DNA from: Patescibacteria group bacterium
GTDB lineage: Bacteria > Patescibacteriota > Patescibacteriia > JAQUQO01
Length of the DNA stretch: 64,000 nucleotides
Direction: 5' to 3'
Assembly: GCA_028716045.1 (NCBI GenBank)
Contig: JAQUQO010000001.1
Span: forward strand, 862,343-926,342
Every line of letters begins with the position of its first letter. The stretch's first letter is position 1. The notes under the pieces are model-generated. The model saw only the letters and a list, made by a program, of their open reading frames with translations. It was not told the origin of the DNA and ran no database searches. Made by a program: the position numbers and the translations under genes. Shown piece after piece: positions 1-10,854 of the stretch.

Positions 1-29
1 ATATTAAAGAGTTATTGTCAAGATTTTAT

Positions 30-1022
30 TTATAGCAAACCGATTATTTCTTTAACTTCCCCTATGGTTTTTTGCGCTATTTTTTGAGCTGTCTGCCGTC
101 CGTCGGCCAAAATTTCCTCCACGTATTTTTTATTTTTTTGGAGTTCGGCTCTTCTGGCGCGGAAGGGGGCAAGATAATCGGCAATAGCTTTGGCCACGGC
201 GGTCTTCATCTCACCGTATTTGACATTATGTGTGGCCACTTGCGTTTTGAAATGTTTTATAACCTCCTCTTTGCCAAAATATGTCAAGAGGTTCAAAAGA
301 TTTTTCCCTCCGGCTGGCAATTCTTTTTCATCTCCCGTTCCCGTCGGCGCCTTTTTGATTTTATTCAAAATAGTTTCCGGCTCATCGTGGATAGAAATAT
401 AAGTTTTTTCCCCGTCGCTTTTACTCATTTTTTTCTCCGGTTCGATTAAACTCATAATCTTGGCCGTTTCGGTCAGATAACCGGCGGGTTCCTCAAAATA
501 ATTTACTTTAAAGCGATTATTAAACCAGCGAGCGGCGTCTTTGGCGAGTTCTAAATGCTGGGTTTGGTCTTGTCCGACGGGAACCAGGTTAGCGTGATAA
601 AGTAAAATATCGGCGGCTTGAAGAATGGGGTAGGTGAGTAGTCCGGTATTGATATTTTTAATATTTTTTTGAGCCTTGTCTTTATATTGAGTCATTCTTT
701 CTAGCTCTCCGATCGGGGTAAGGGAATTAAATATCCAAGCCAACTCGGTGCATTCGGGAATTTGCGATTGGATGAAAATGGTTGATTTTTCCGGGTCAAC
801 GCCCGCCGCCAGATAATCCAAAACCAAATCTAAAATTTGGTTCTTTTTTTCTTTGGGGTCATAAGCAACGGTAATGGAGTGATAATCAGCCACGAAGAAA
901 AAACATTTATATTTTTTTTGGAGCTCCACCCAATTTTTAAGCGCGCCTAAATAGTTGCCGATGTGCAGGTCGCCGGTCGGCTGCATTCCCGAAAGGACAA
1001 TTTTTTTAGTATCTTTATTCAT
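30..1022 (-). CDS. trpS: tryptophan--tRNA ligase
   Basis: 330 aa. Class I aaRS signatures GDLHIGNYLG (HIGH-type) and KMSKS. N-terminus GMQPTG typical of TrpRS. Confidence 0.9.
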   Translation of the reverse strand: MNKDTKKIVLSGMQPTGDLHIGNYLGALKNWVELQKKYKCFFFVADYHSITVAYDPKEKKNQILDLVLDYLAAGVDPEKSTIFIQSQIPECTELAWIFNSLTPIGELERMTQYKDKAQKNIKNINTGLLTYPILQAADILLYHANLVPVGQDQTQHLELAKDAARWFNNRFKVNYFEEPAGYLTETAKIMSLIEPEKKMSKSDGEKTYISIHDEPETILNKIKKAPTGTGDEKELPAGGKNLLNLLTYFGKEEVIKHFKTQVATHNVKYGEMKTAVAKAIADYLAPFRARRAELQKNKKYVEEILADGRQTAQKIAQKTIGEVKEIIGLL

Positions 1023-1098
1023 ATTATTTTAGTTTAGCAAAAAATTTAGAGAAAGAAAAGTAGTAGTGTGATATGCCCTCGCTCCCTTTAAAACCGAA

Positions 1099-1120
1099 GC
1101 CGCGACATCGATGTCGCGGC
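1099..1120. terminator. perfect 22-bp palindrome GCCGCGACATCGATGTCGCGGC between two minus-strand genes (putative terminator/hairpin)
   Basis: Palindrome read directly in the sequence. Only a weak U-run follows on the minus strand. Confidence 0.4.
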
Positions 1121-1152
1121 TACAAACAACTTTTAATGCCAGAAGTAATTCC

Positions 1153-2283
1153 TTACAACTTATCCAAAACTTTTTGATATAAACTACATGGTATGACCAC
1201 GTCGTCTTTTGGTGGGCATTTACAATTGAATATGCCCTTCCTGACTTTATAATTTTGGCTCCTCTCCCAAATATCTTTTAATTTTTCTTTTTTTACATTT
1301 CCTTCTATTTCTGTGAAGCCCGGGCAGCCAACAACATTACCATTGGCAGTCACATATAGCCCACAGGCAATTTGGTTACAAGGATGAATACCGGGCATGC
1401 AAGAAATACCCTCTCTTTTGATTTGCTCAATTGTTTGTATCCCATTCTCTATGTTCCAAGAGTAAATCTTTATAAATAAATCGTACTTTTGTTTTTCTGA
1501 TAAATCATACCGTTTTAGAAATTCTTTATCAATTTGTTTTCCGCTTGTCATAAGAAAATTAGGAATAAGATATATATTCCTTCGGCGAGCGTAAACATAG
1601 AGATCAAAAATTTCATCGTAATTTTCCTTGGTGATTGGTCCTAATTCAAGAGCCAGCCTAGTGGGGTTTGATTTTGTAAAACCAGCATTTACTAAATTTA
1701 TTAGAGCCTGATTTCTAACGAAAGAATGATTTTTTATGTTCCCCACCAATCCATCTTGTTTATCTGTGTCAAAAGATTGAAAACTGAGCATAAAACTAAC
1801 TTTCAATTTGGAGAGTTCGTTACACAATTCTTGTGCCGACTTAATTCCGTAAGCACGATAGAATTTTTTGGCTTCTTCATCATTTCCCAAAACTTGCCCT
1901 TTTGTAAATACTGCTACCCCAATATTTCTTTCGGTCATGTCTTGAAGAAATTTTAAAAAATTACTATTTTGTGTAGGTTCTCCGGCGCCGCAAATTTTAA
2001 TGCTTTGTAGCCCCAATTCCCTAGCTTCATCTATTACACTAATTAATTCATCATAAGTTAGATCTCCCTTCAGGGTGTCATCAATAACATTTCTTTTTCT
2101 AAAACAAGCAGGGCAATTTAAAGAACAGAACCTGCCGAAATCTATGTCTAGCATTAAAAGTTTGCCTTTGTTTTTTTGAATTTGTTTTTCCGGGAAAAAT
2201 CCGAAATATTCCATAGTATTTTGGAAATTTTGGGGAAATTTACTCGGGAATATTTCCGGTATTTTTGGAATTATTTTGAGCAC
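1153..2283 (-). CDS. radical SAM protein with C-terminal Cys-rich (SPASM-like) region
   Basis: CSLNCPAC (CX3CX2C) near the N-terminus. Several C-terminal Cys pairs. Confidence 0.7.
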   Translation of the reverse strand: MLKIIPKIPEIFPSKFPQNFQNTMEYFGFFPEKQIQKNKGKLLMLDIDFGRFCSLNCPACFRKRNVIDDTLKGDLTYDELISVIDEARELGLQSIKICGAGEPTQNSNFLKFLQDMTERNIGVAVFTKGQVLGNDEEAKKFYRAYGIKSAQELCNELSKLKVSFMLSFQSFDTDKQDGLVGNIKNHSFVRNQALINLVNAGFTKSNPTRLALELGPITKENYDEIFDLYVYARRRNIYLIPNFLMTSGKQIDKEFLKRYDLSEKQKYDLFIKIYSWNIENGIQTIEQIKREGISCMPGIHPCNQIACGLYVTANGNVVGCPGFTEIEGNVKKEKLKDIWERSQNYKVRKGIFNCKCPPKDDVVIPCSLYQKVLDKL

Positions 2284-2320
2284 AATAATTTTTTTAAAGA
2301 ATTGGGCTTATTCCGTCTAA

Positions 2321-4090
2321 CTATACCTCTATGATTACCGGCAAAATCATCGGCCGGCGTTCGGTTTTCATAAAGAGAAATTGTCCGATGTCATTACGAA
2401 GTTTATTTTTCAGGTCGGAACTTTGAGCGGCAGTTCGGGGGTCTTTATCGTCAAGTATTTTTTTGGCTTTGCGGCGGGTTTCTTCAACCAATCGTTTATT
2501 TTCTTTCATATAAATAAAACCCCGAGAAATAATATCCGGATTGCCGACTAAGCGTCCGGTTTTGGCTTCAATGGTGGCGATAATCACGAGCATACCGCTT
2601 TCAGACATCACTTGCCGGTCACGCAGTACGATATTGGAAATATCCCCGATTCCCAGTCCGTCCACAAAGACGTAGTCGGTATTGGCCTTGCGTTCGTAAA
2701 TTTTTACTTTATTATTTTTGAGTTCAAAAACACTGCCGTCGTCCAAAACGAAAACATTGTTTTTATTATAGCCCAAACCATAGGCGATATTTGCCGCTTC
2801 CTTGAGAAAATAATGGTTGGCATACACCGGCAGAAAATAGGTCGGTTTAATTTCCCTGATCATTTCTTTGATGTCCGCCGCCGTGCTGTGTCCCGAAGAG
2901 TGGACATCCATAATATCAGAATGGATAACGTGGTCGCTTAAGCGATAAAGATTGTCTTTGAGTCGTTGGATTGTTCTTTCATTGCCGGGAATAACCGAAG
3001 AAGAAAAAACAATGGTGTCCTGCTTTTGGATTTTGATATTTTTATGAGCGCCGCGGATGATGCGCGATAAAACCGCGTGGCTTTCTCCTTGCGCGCCGGT
3101 GCAAATGACAATAATTTTATTATCCGGATAATTATTGATTTGCTCTATGTTAATTAAAGTCCCTTTGCCGATTTTAATGTAGCCGAGTTTTTGGGCTATT
3201 TCTACGTTAGCTTTCATGCTATAACCGTCCAAAGCAACCTTTTTGTTAATTTGCGTCGCGTATTCCAAAATTTGTTTAATTCTTTCCACTTGAGAAGCAA
3301 AGGTGGCAATAATAATTCTGCCCGGCGCTCCGGAAATAAGCTTCTTCAAATTTTCGTACATAATTTTTTCCGGCACTCTTTCCCTGGAAGAAGTAGCCCC
3401 CAAACTTTCCAGCATCAGAATTGAGGGTTTTGGCGTTTTGGTTAAATAATTGTAGGTAATTTTTTCTCCGTGGATCGGATTTTGTTCCATGGTCCAGTCG
3501 CCCGGGTGAATAACAGTGCCCGCCGGAGTTTCAATTGTCACGCCCATGGCATCCATTATAGAGTGTTCCACGCGGAAGAATCCGACGCGGAAAGAACCCA
3601 GAGCGATTTTTTGTTCAAAATTTTTAACCGCGATAGTTTTCAGCCGGCCCGAACTGCCTTTTTTATAATCCTCTTGGCGGTGCTTTATCATGGCTAAAGT
3701 CAGGTCGCGGCCGATAATAGTCGGGTTGCCGATTTGTTCCAAAAGTATGGGGGCGGCGCCGATATGGTCTAAATGACCATGGCTGAAGATTACTCCCCGA
3801 ACATTTTTTTCTTTACCTTTGAGGTAGGAAATGTTGGGAATAATATAATCAATTCCCGGCATATCTTCCTCGGGGAACTGGATGCCCATGTCTAAAATGA
3901 CAATATCATTGCCATATTCAAAGACGGTCATATTACGGCCGACTTCTTCGTTGCCGCCCAAAATGATGATGTTTAATTTTTTTCCGTCGTCGTTTAATTT
4001 TTTTGCCCCATCGCCATAATGATAAGGACGAGCCGGGCGTCTTTTCATTCGGCGCTCGCTCGGATTTTGTTTTTTGTATTTGTAATACAT
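2321..4090 (-). CDS. rnj: ribonuclease J (metallo-beta-lactamase/beta-CASP)
   Basis: 589 aa. HGHLDH metallo-beta-lactamase motif. Length and architecture typical of RNase J. Lys/Arg-rich N-terminal extension. Confidence 0.8.
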   Translation of the reverse strand: MYYKYKKQNPSERRMKRRPARPYHYGDGAKKLNDDGKKLNIIILGGNEEVGRNMTVFEYGNDIVILDMGIQFPEEDMPGIDYIIPNISYLKGKEKNVRGVIFSHGHLDHIGAAPILLEQIGNPTIIGRDLTLAMIKHRQEDYKKGSSGRLKTIAVKNFEQKIALGSFRVGFFRVEHSIMDAMGVTIETPAGTVIHPGDWTMEQNPIHGEKITYNYLTKTPKPSILMLESLGATSSRERVPEKIMYENLKKLISGAPGRIIIATFASQVERIKQILEYATQINKKVALDGYSMKANVEIAQKLGYIKIGKGTLINIEQINNYPDNKIIVICTGAQGESHAVLSRIIRGAHKNIKIQKQDTIVFSSSVIPGNERTIQRLKDNLYRLSDHVIHSDIMDVHSSGHSTAADIKEMIREIKPTYFLPVYANHYFLKEAANIAYGLGYNKNNVFVLDDGSVFELKNNKVKIYERKANTDYVFVDGLGIGDISNIVLRDRQVMSESGMLVIIATIEAKTGRLVGNPDIISRGFIYMKENKRLVEETRRKAKKILDDKDPRTAAQSSDLKNKLRNDIGQFLFMKTERRPMILPVIIEV

Positions 4091-4145
4091 AGCTCGTTTT
4101 AATTTTTAAAAGATAACGCTCAGCGTTAGAAGATAAATAAAATGT

Positions 4146-4229
4146 GCCGATGGTGGGAGTTGAACCCACATCCCGCTAAGCGGGACAGCGCCCTGAACGC
4201 TGCGTGTCTACCAATTCCACCACATCGGC
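4146..4229 (-). tRNA. tRNA-Leu(CAG), long variable arm
   Basis: Reverse complement GCCGATGTGGTGGAATTGGTAGACAC...TTCAGGG anticodon loop...GGTTCAACTCCCACCATCGGCA. 7-bp acceptor stem, long extra arm. Confidence 0.8.
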
Positions 4230-4317
4230 CTTTCGGTTCGCTCCGCTCACTCAAGACCTGATTAATATTAAACGTCATTTTTTCTAAATAATCTTGAGCG
4301 AAGGGAATGAGTCGAAA

Positions 4318-4335
4318 GATTCCACCACCTCGGCC
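4318..4335 (-). repeat. 18-nt partial copy of the tRNA-Leu 5' end (GGCCGAGGTGGTGGAATC), about 90 nt upstream of the intact tRNA
   Basis: Direct comparison with the 5' ends of tRNA-Leu at 4229 and at 25997. Same upstream context (AAAGGCCGA). Confidence 0.45.
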
Positions 4336-4395
4336 CTTTAACACCGGCAGGCGGGTTTGCCGGATTTCTGTGGCCTTAGCTTTGATTGTCTTTAA

Positions 4396-6405
4396 TTAAA
4401 AGTTTAAATTTTTTTTGGTTTTTATGTACCACTTCTCTATCTTAGCGAAACGGTCAGAGGGTATAGTCAAACGATTAGCAACTATTCCTTTAATTTTTTT
4501 ATCCATGACATACGTATAGGTCGGGGAATAAAGGAAAATAGCCGGCAGTTCTTTGCTCATAATATCCTGAAACTCTTTGTATTTTTTGCTACGCTCTTCG
4601 GTGTTGATAGTTTGCCGGGCGTCTTCTAAAAGTTCGTCAATGTGGCGATTGACAAAAATGGCTAAATTGAGTCCGGGGTGAGAATTTTGTGAAGAATGCC
4701 AGAAAGGATAGGGGTCGGGGTCGGAACCGACGATTTCCGAATATAATAAAATTTCGTAATCTCTGTTTTTAATTGTTTCGCGGCGGATATCGGCGGGCGG
4801 AACAATAATCAGATTAACTTTAATGCCAATTTCCTGCCAGTAATTTTTTATCAGTTCCGCGGCTTTGACATTTTCCGCTTGGTTGACGGTGGTTAAATTT
4901 AAAGCTAAGATTTCCCCGCTTTTTTTCCGGAAAAAGTTTTGACCCTTGTCAATTTCGTTGTTAATTTTTTCACTGATAATTTCAGCGGGATCTTTAGTTT
5001 CCGGATTATTTTCCACCGCCGGTAAATTGTTTTCCCCCGCAGCGGCAGCCGGAGGGGTGCTCGTTGGTTGTTTGGCTTTTTCTTCCTCAAGTTTTTTCAG
5101 TTCTTCGGCCAGGCGATTATTTATATAATCTTCAATAGGTAGGATTTCCCATTTTAATTCGTCAAGAATTTTATTAGCCTCGGATAAATTAAGGTCATAT
5201 TTTTCCGTTTCATTGGTATAGCCAAGATAGCCCGGGAGAATGGGCCCGTCAATTACTACTCCTTCCCCGCCCAGTATTTCTTCTAAAATTTTCTGCCGGT
5301 CCAAACTCAGAGCCAGCGCTTTCCTTAAATTTTTATCCTTAAGGACATCCTTTTTTGACTGATTGAAAAAAAGAGCGGTGTATTGAGGTATTTGTAGGGA
5401 ATAATAGACCAGACCTTTGTTTTTTTCCACCACAGATTTCAATTCCCGGGGCAGAAAATTTACACCTTCGGTATTTTTATTGCGCAAGGCCTCAACGGCG
5501 CTGTTAAAATCAGGATAAAATTTGAAGTTAATTTTTTCTATAAAGGGTCGTCCCAAATAATAATTTTCGTTGCGCGATAGACGATAGGATTTTATGTTGC
5601 CCAGCCGATCTTTGGTCAAGCTTTCAAATCTAAAGGGGCCAGACCCTATTGGTTTTAGGTTGTATTCCGCCAAGTGAATGTTGGCCGGGGGAATCTCGCC
5701 CCAAATATGCCTTGGCAAGATGCCAAAAGTAAGAATTTCAATGAACGGTGCGTAAGGTTCTTCAAGAGAAAAAGAAATCTTATAGTCATCAATTTTAGAA
5801 ACAGTTACTCCGCGAAAGCTCGGCGCGAGCGGACTGCGATATTCTGGGTCTTTAATGCTTTCCACCGTAAAAATAACATCATCGGCGGTAAAGGGGGCGC
5901 CATCATGCCACAAAACATTTTGTTTAAGATAAACAGTATAAACTTTTTGGTCCGCGGTTATTTCCCATTTTTCCGCCAGATCCAAAACTATTTCCTGGTT
6001 CTCGTTGTATTGCAGTAAGCTGGAAAAAATTAAACGGCTCAAATCGCGGTCAACCTCGCTGGTTTGCGCCAACACCGGATTAAGGTAGCGCGGTGTTCCC
6101 ACTAAACCCTCAGTATATTCGCCCCCGTAGGAAGGGGAATAGGTCACCCGCTCCTTGTAAGTCATCCAGCCCAAAATTCCTAAGGCCAGTACCGCTGTTG
6201 CCAAAACAATTTTTATCAGTAAATTTTCAGTGGGGCCGAGAAATTTAGGAAGGTGTTTTAGCTGTTTAAAACTGGGAATACGCGATTTTGACAAAGACAA
6301 AACCAGCTTTTTGTCTAAATCCGCTTGTTTGACAAAAGGCCGAGGATTGTTATTTTTTTGGACTTCGTCATTTTTGGAACGACGAAAAAAATCTTGAAAT
6401 TTCAC
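4396..6405 (-). CDS. ABC transporter substrate-binding protein, family 5 (peptide/nickel type), membrane-anchored
   Basis: 669 aa. N-terminal TM helix. SBP_bac_5-like core. Pro/Ala/Glu low-complexity insert. Confidence 0.65.
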   Translation of the reverse strand: MKFQDFFRRSKNDEVQKNNNPRPFVKQADLDKKLVLSLSKSRIPSFKQLKHLPKFLGPTENLLIKIVLATAVLALGILGWMTYKERVTYSPSYGGEYTEGLVGTPRYLNPVLAQTSEVDRDLSRLIFSSLLQYNENQEIVLDLAEKWEITADQKVYTVYLKQNVLWHDGAPFTADDVIFTVESIKDPEYRSPLAPSFRGVTVSKIDDYKISFSLEEPYAPFIEILTFGILPRHIWGEIPPANIHLAEYNLKPIGSGPFRFESLTKDRLGNIKSYRLSRNENYYLGRPFIEKINFKFYPDFNSAVEALRNKNTEGVNFLPRELKSVVEKNKGLVYYSLQIPQYTALFFNQSKKDVLKDKNLRKALALSLDRQKILEEILGGEGVVIDGPILPGYLGYTNETEKYDLNLSEANKILDELKWEILPIEDYINNRLAEELKKLEEEKAKQPTSTPPAAAAGENNLPAVENNPETKDPAEIISEKINNEIDKGQNFFRKKSGEILALNLTTVNQAENVKAAELIKNYWQEIGIKVNLIIVPPADIRRETIKNRDYEILLYSEIVGSDPDPYPFWHSSQNSHPGLNLAIFVNRHIDELLEDARQTINTEERSKKYKEFQDIMSKELPAIFLYSPTYTYVMDKKIKGIVANRLTIPSDRFAKIEKWYIKTKKNLNF

Positions 6406-6429
6406 AGCAGATTTAAATTAGCTCCGCCG

Positions 6430-6648
6430 TTATTTTTGGAGCACCAGCAAGAGAAGGGCTGTTCCTAAAAAGAGTATGGAGAAGATTATAGTTGAAATAA
6501 AAAGAGATTTCTCGATTCCTCTTTTGGTCCGGTAAACATTGCTTTCTCCCCCAAAAGCTGAACCCAGGCCAGTCCCTCGGCGCTGTAATAAAATCACAAT
6601 CATCAGCAGAACGGCGATAACGATTTGTAGAATAGTTAGATATTTCAT
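6430..6648 (-). CDS. secG: preprotein translocase subunit SecG
   Basis: 72 aa, two TM helices, LLQRRGTGLGSAFGG motif typical of SecG. Confidence 0.8.
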   Translation of the reverse strand: MKYLTILQIVIAVLLMIVILLQRRGTGLGSAFGGESNVYRTKRGIEKSLFISTIIFSILFLGTALLLLVLQK

Positions 6649-6787
6649 AGTATTTAAGAGTTTACCATCGGATTAGATAAATGTCAAGCGCTTTTATGGC
6701 GAAACTCATTTTGGCCGTTTTTTTAGGCCTTTATTTTCTAACCGTTATTTTAATGATATACTATTTATGTAGAAAACACAAAACATC

Positions 6788-7498
6788 ATGGCCTTGAGCA
6801 AAAAGATAGTAAAATTTTTTTTAATTATTCTTTTATCCCTACTGATATTAGCCGGGTTATTTTTTACGGGGATTTTTTATTTTAAATCGTTGAATGACGA
6901 TTTAAAATCAGGGGAAAATATTCCTTCGGCGCCGAGCGAGCTGTTTAATCCTCAATTATTATCTTTACGCTCTCAATTGGAAACCGCTGATGACCCGCGT
7001 TTAGGGCCGGACGATGCGCCAATTACTATTGTGCAGTTTATGGATTTCCGCTGTCCGGTTTGCGCCGAGGCCTTTCCAGTTTTGCGGGAGCTTAGTTATT
7101 TATATAAAGATAAGGTTAAATTTATTTTGCGTGATTATCCTTTAAAAGCCGAGGAGTCGTTAAATTTTGCTTTAGCCGGAAATTGCGCTCTGGAACAAAA
7201 AAAGTTTTGGCCGTTTCACGATAAGATGTTCCAGTATAAAGATAAGATTACTTTGGAAAATTTGTCTCAATACACCGAGCAGGCGGGCCTTAATAAAGAA
7301 AATTTTAGCGCCTGTCTAAATTCGGAAAGATATAAGAAAGAAGTTTATGACGATATTGCCGATGCCCAAGCGCTGGGAGTAAAGGGCACGCCCACTTGGT
7401 TTATTAATGGCTATAAATTTGAAGGAGCCGTCCCATTGGAACAATTTAAGGAAATTATCGGCGGCGTGTTGGAGAGAATGGAGACAGGCAGCAAATAG
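6788..7498 (+). CDS. DsbA-family thiol:disulfide oxidoreductase (thioredoxin fold)
   Basis: N-terminal TM helix, CPVC active-site motif, DsbA-like length. Confidence 0.75.
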   Translation: MALSKKIVKFFLIILLSLLILAGLFFTGIFYFKSLNDDLKSGENIPSAPSELFNPQLLSLRSQLETADDPRLGPDDAPITIVQFMDFRCPVCAEAFPVLRELSYLYKDKVKFILRDYPLKAEESLNFALAGNCALEQKKFWPFHDKMFQYKDKITLENLSQYTEQAGLNKENFSACLNSERYKKEVYDDIADAQALGVKGTPTWFINGYKFEGAVPLEQFKEIIGGVLERMETGSK

Positions 7499-7521
7499 GC
7501 AAGATAATTTTTTATAAAAAG

Positions 7522-7554
7522 AAAAAGCCACTAGTTATTAGCTAGTGGCTTTTA
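7522..7554. terminator. intrinsic terminator hairpin AGCCACTAG-TTATTA-GCTAGTGGCT plus U-run
   Basis: Perfect 10-bp stem followed by TTTT. Downstream of the dsbA-like gene. Confidence 0.6.
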
Positions 7555-7706
7555 TGTCGCCGGTTATTTTTTTTCCAAGGATTACTTTGCCAAGGAATAA
7601 ACCCGCGGTGCTTTAATTCCCCCTTCCTTTCCATTTTGCGGATTATCTCCACATAGTCCTCAACCATTAAAACTGTTTTAGGATTTTTAGGTTTTTTTGC
7701 TCCCAT
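7542..7706 (-). CDS. small hypothetical protein (54 aa, MGAKKPKNPKTVLMVEDYVEIIRKMERKGELKHRGFIPWQSNPWKKNNRRHKSH)
   Basis: Not in the ORF track because it is under 60 aa. Strong SD (AGGTGGGAGGA) 6 nt before the ATG on the minus strand. The stop lies inside the terminator hairpin. Confidence 0.3.
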   Translation of the reverse strand: MGAKKPKNPKTVLMVEDYVEIIRKMERKGELKHRGFIPWQSNPWKKNNRRHKSH

Positions 7707-7878
7707 TTTTTCCTCCCACCTTAGGTTTGTTTCTGTAAAGGCGCTGTTTGTATTTTACCGCCAAGGGAGTGCGTTGTCAAACTAGATGCCCAGCAATTTT
7801 ATATTTTAACCCACCCCTTGACCGTCTCTTGATTTTATCTTATACTTACTATTAATTAATTTACTTATCCACATCCTC

Positions 7879-10731
7879 ATGCCGCAGGAAAAAATAATCA
7901 TCAAGGGCGCGCGAGTCCATAATTTAAAGAATATCAACGTCAATATTCCTAAAAATAAACTCGTGGTGATAACCGGTCTTTCCGGTTCGGGCAAATCCTC
8001 GCTGGCTTTTGATACTATTTATGCCGAAGGCCAGCGCCGTTACGTGGAATCGCTTTCTTCTTACGCCCGCCAGTTTTTAGGAGTAATGGACAAGCCGGAT
8101 GTTGATAAAATTGAAGGATTGTCCCCGGCTATTGCCATTGACCAGCGGTCTTCTTCCACCAACCCCCGTTCCACGGTCGGGACCATGACGGAAATTTATG
8201 ATTATTTGAGATTGCTTTACGCCCGCGCCGGCCGTCCCCATTGCCCGAAGTGCGGCAAGCTGGTGGCTAAGCAGACGGCTAACCAAATTGTTCAAAAGAT
8301 TTTAACTCTTCCCTCCAATCAGGATATTTTAGTCCTTTCGCCGGTTATTCGCGATGTTAAGGGCGACCAGCACGGGACCATTAAAGAAATTAAAAAAGCC
8401 AATTATAAAAATATCAGGATTGACGGAGAATTTTTAAGCGTGGAGGAAGCGGAAAATCTCCATTTTGATAAAAACAGCAAACATACCATAGAGGTCGTAG
8501 TCGGGGGATTTAATACCACTGACATAGATTGGGAAAAATTGCCCAAAGTGATTGACGCCGCCCTAGACCTTGGCAACGGATTTATTTCCGTTTATCTGCC
8601 GGACAACAAAGAGAATATCACCATGAGTGAATTTTTTGTTTGTCCGGAGTGCGATATTTATTTGCCGGAAATTGAGCCGCGGCTTTTTTCTTTTAACTCT
8701 CCCAATGGGGCTTGCGCCAGCTGTTCCGGCCTTGGCACCACACTGGAAGTCATACCTGATTTAGTCATACCCAATAAAAAGCTGACTTTAAATGAAGGAG
8801 CGATTAAGCCCTGGACGCGCATTTCGGGGAATCAAAGCTCGCAGAATAAACTGCTGAAAGAAGTGGCTAAAAAACACGGTTTTACCCTCTCCAAGCCGAT
8901 AGAAAAATTAAAAAAATCGGAAGTGGATGTTATTTTACATGGAACCGGCGAGGAAATTTATAACGTGGATGGGGAGGAAATGAAATTTGAGGGTGTAGTA
9001 AATTATTTAGCCCAAAAATATCGTGAAACCGACTCCGATTATATCCGCAAAGAAATTGAAAATTACATGCAAATTAAGATTTGTAAAACCTGCGACGGCA
9101 AAAGGTTGCGGCCTGAAGCTTTAGCGGTGACTGTCGGAGGATATTCCATTAATGATTTGGTGCGTTTTGATATCGGGAAATTAATTTCCTTTTTTAAGGA
9201 ATTAACCGGCGTTTCCAAAAAATCGGAGTTTAATATAAAGAAGGAAGAAACCCTGTCGGTTTCCGAAAAAAAGATTTCCGACCTTTTAATCAGGGAGGCG
9301 TTGGTGCGCTTGCAACATTTGGCCAATGTCGGCTTAGTTTATTTGAATCTTGACCGTCCTACCACCACCCTTTCCGGCGGAGAGGCCCAGCGCATTCGTC
9401 TGGCCACTCAAATCGGTTCGGATCTCTCGGGCGTAATTTATATTTTAGACGAACCGTCAATCGGTTTGCATCAGCGCGATAATGATAAGCTGATAGAAAC
9501 TTTGCGCGAACTGCAAAAGATCGGCAACACGGTGATTGTGGTGGAGCATGATAAATCAATGATGGAGGCGGCGGACGAAATCATTGATATCGGCCCCGGC
9601 GCGGGAGAATACGGCGGGCACATTGTCGCCCAAGGCTCTCCGGCGGAGATAAAAAAAGACAAGAGTTCGCTCACCGGCAAATATCTAAGCGGGAAATCAA
9701 AAATAGAATTACCCAAAGAGTATCGCCGGGGCAGTAATAAATTTTTAATTATTGAAGGAGCTTCGGAATTTAATTTAAAAAATATCACCGCCAAGATTCC
9801 TTTGGGGAAACTGGTTTGCCTTACCGGCGTTTCCGGTTCTGGCAAATCAACTTTGATGACTGAAATTTTAGCCAAGGCCTTGGCTAAAAAGTTTTATCGC
9901 GCCAAAGATGAGCCGGGCAAACACAAAGCAATTAAGGGCATGGAAAATATAGATAAGGTTATTACCATTGACCAGTCGCCCATCGGCCGTACCCCGCGCT
10001 CCAATCCCGCGACTTATACCGGTGTGTTTACTTACATCCGTGATTTATTTACGCTGACGCCGGAGGCCAAGATGCGCGGTTATGATGCCGGCAAGTTCAG
10101 TTTTAATGTCCGCGGGGGGAGATGTGAATCCTGCGGCGGCGACGGCTTTGTCAGAATTGAGATGCAGTTTCTGCCCGATGTTTATGTGGAGTGCGAAATT
10201 TGTCATGGCAAACGCTATACGGCCGAAGCGCTGGAAATTCATTATAAGGGGAAAAATATCGCTGGTGTTTTGGAGATGACCGTGGAAGAGGCGAGGAAAT
10301 TTTTTTCCGATATTGAAATCATTAAGGATAAATTAAATATCCTCTGCGAAGTGGGGCTGGGTTATATCAAGCTCGGCCAGCCGGCGCCCACTCTTTCCGG
10401 CGGTGAAGCGCAAAGAGTGAAATTGGCGACTGAATTGTCCCGCCGCGCCACCGGCAAGACGCTTTATATTTTAGACGAGCCGACCACCGGCCTTCATTTT
10501 GAGGATATCAAGAAATTATTGATTGTCTTAAACCAATTGGTTGACAAAGGAAATACGGTTTTGATTATTGAACATAATTTAGATGTGGTAAAATGCGCTG
10601 ACTGGGTTATTGATATGGGGCCGGAAGGGGGAGACGCGGGCGGATATATCGTGGCCGAAGGAACGCCTAAAGACGTGGTTAAAGTTAAAAAAAGTTTTAC
10701 GGGAGAATATTTAAAAAAGTTTTTAAAATAG
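7879..10731 (+). CDS. uvrA: excinuclease ABC subunit A
   Basis: 950 aa. Two ABC ATPase modules ([23 protein letters not shown] signatures). Zn-finger Cys clusters. Typical UvrA N-terminus. Confidence 0.95.
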   Translation: MPQEKIIIKGARVHNLKNINVNIPKNKLVVITGLSGSGKSSLAFDTIYAEGQRRYVESLSSYARQFLGVMDKPDVDKIEGLSPAIAIDQRSSSTNPRSTVGTMTEIYDYLRLLYARAGRPHCPKCGKLVAKQTANQIVQKILTLPSNQDILVLSPVIRDVKGDQHGTIKEIKKANYKNIRIDGEFLSVEEAENLHFDKNSKHTIEVVVGGFNTTDIDWEKLPKVIDAALDLGNGFISVYLPDNKENITMSEFFVCPECDIYLPEIEPRLFSFNSPNGACASCSGLGTTLEVIPDLVIPNKKLTLNEGAIKPWTRISGNQSSQNKLLKEVAKKHGFTLSKPIEKLKKSEVDVILHGTGEEIYNVDGEEMKFEGVVNYLAQKYRETDSDYIRKEIENYMQIKICKTCDGKRLRPEALAVTVGGYSINDLVRFDIGKLISFFKELTGVSKKSEFNIKKEETLSVSEKKISDLLIREALVRLQHLANVGLVYLNLDRPTTTLSGGEAQRIRLATQIGSDLSGVIYILDEPSIGLHQRDNDKLIETLRELQKIGNTVIVVEHDKSMMEAADEIIDIGPGAGEYGGHIVAQGSPAEIKKDKSSLTGKYLSGKSKIELPKEYRRGSNKFLIIEGASEFNLKNITAKIPLGKLVCLTGVSGSGKSTLMTEILAKALAKKFYRAKDEPGKHKAIKGMENIDKVITIDQSPIGRTPRSNPATYTGVFTYIRDLFTLTPEAKMRGYDAGKFSFNVRGGRCESCGGDGFVRIEMQFLPDVYVECEICHGKRYTAEALEIHYKGKNIAGVLEMTVEEARKFFSDIEIIKDKLNILCEVGLGYIKLGQPAPTLSGGEAQRVKLATELSRRATGKTLYILDEPTTGLHFEDIKKLLIVLNQLVDKGNTVLIIEHNLDVVKCADWVIDMGPEGGDAGGYIVAEGTPKDVVKVKKSFTGEYLKKFLK

Positions 10732-10761
10732 TGTTAAAATTGCCAATTAATAAAAATAAAA

Positions 10762-10793
10762 AACGGGCGGTTGATAACCGTCCGTTTTGTTTG
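10762..10793 (+). terminator. intrinsic terminator after uvrA
   Basis: ACGGGCGGTT-GAT-AACCGTCCGT hairpin followed by TTTTGTTT. Confidence 0.6.
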
Positions 10794-10854
10794 AAATTCC
10801 TTTTTAATCATTGGCGAGTAGCCAGTTTCTAATTTTCGTCTTCCATACAGTGGG

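Noticed and set aside
3933-4344. Minus-strand ORFs 3933-4169 and 4126-4344
   Set aside because: They overlap the RNase J start region and the tRNA-Leu(CAG) gene. They are highly basic, low-complexity translations with no SD.
4230-4395. Region upstream of tRNA-Leu(CAG) considered as an intron-containing tRNA
   Set aside because: The downstream tRNA is complete and colinear. The upstream piece is only an 18-nt 5' fragment with no matching 3' half.
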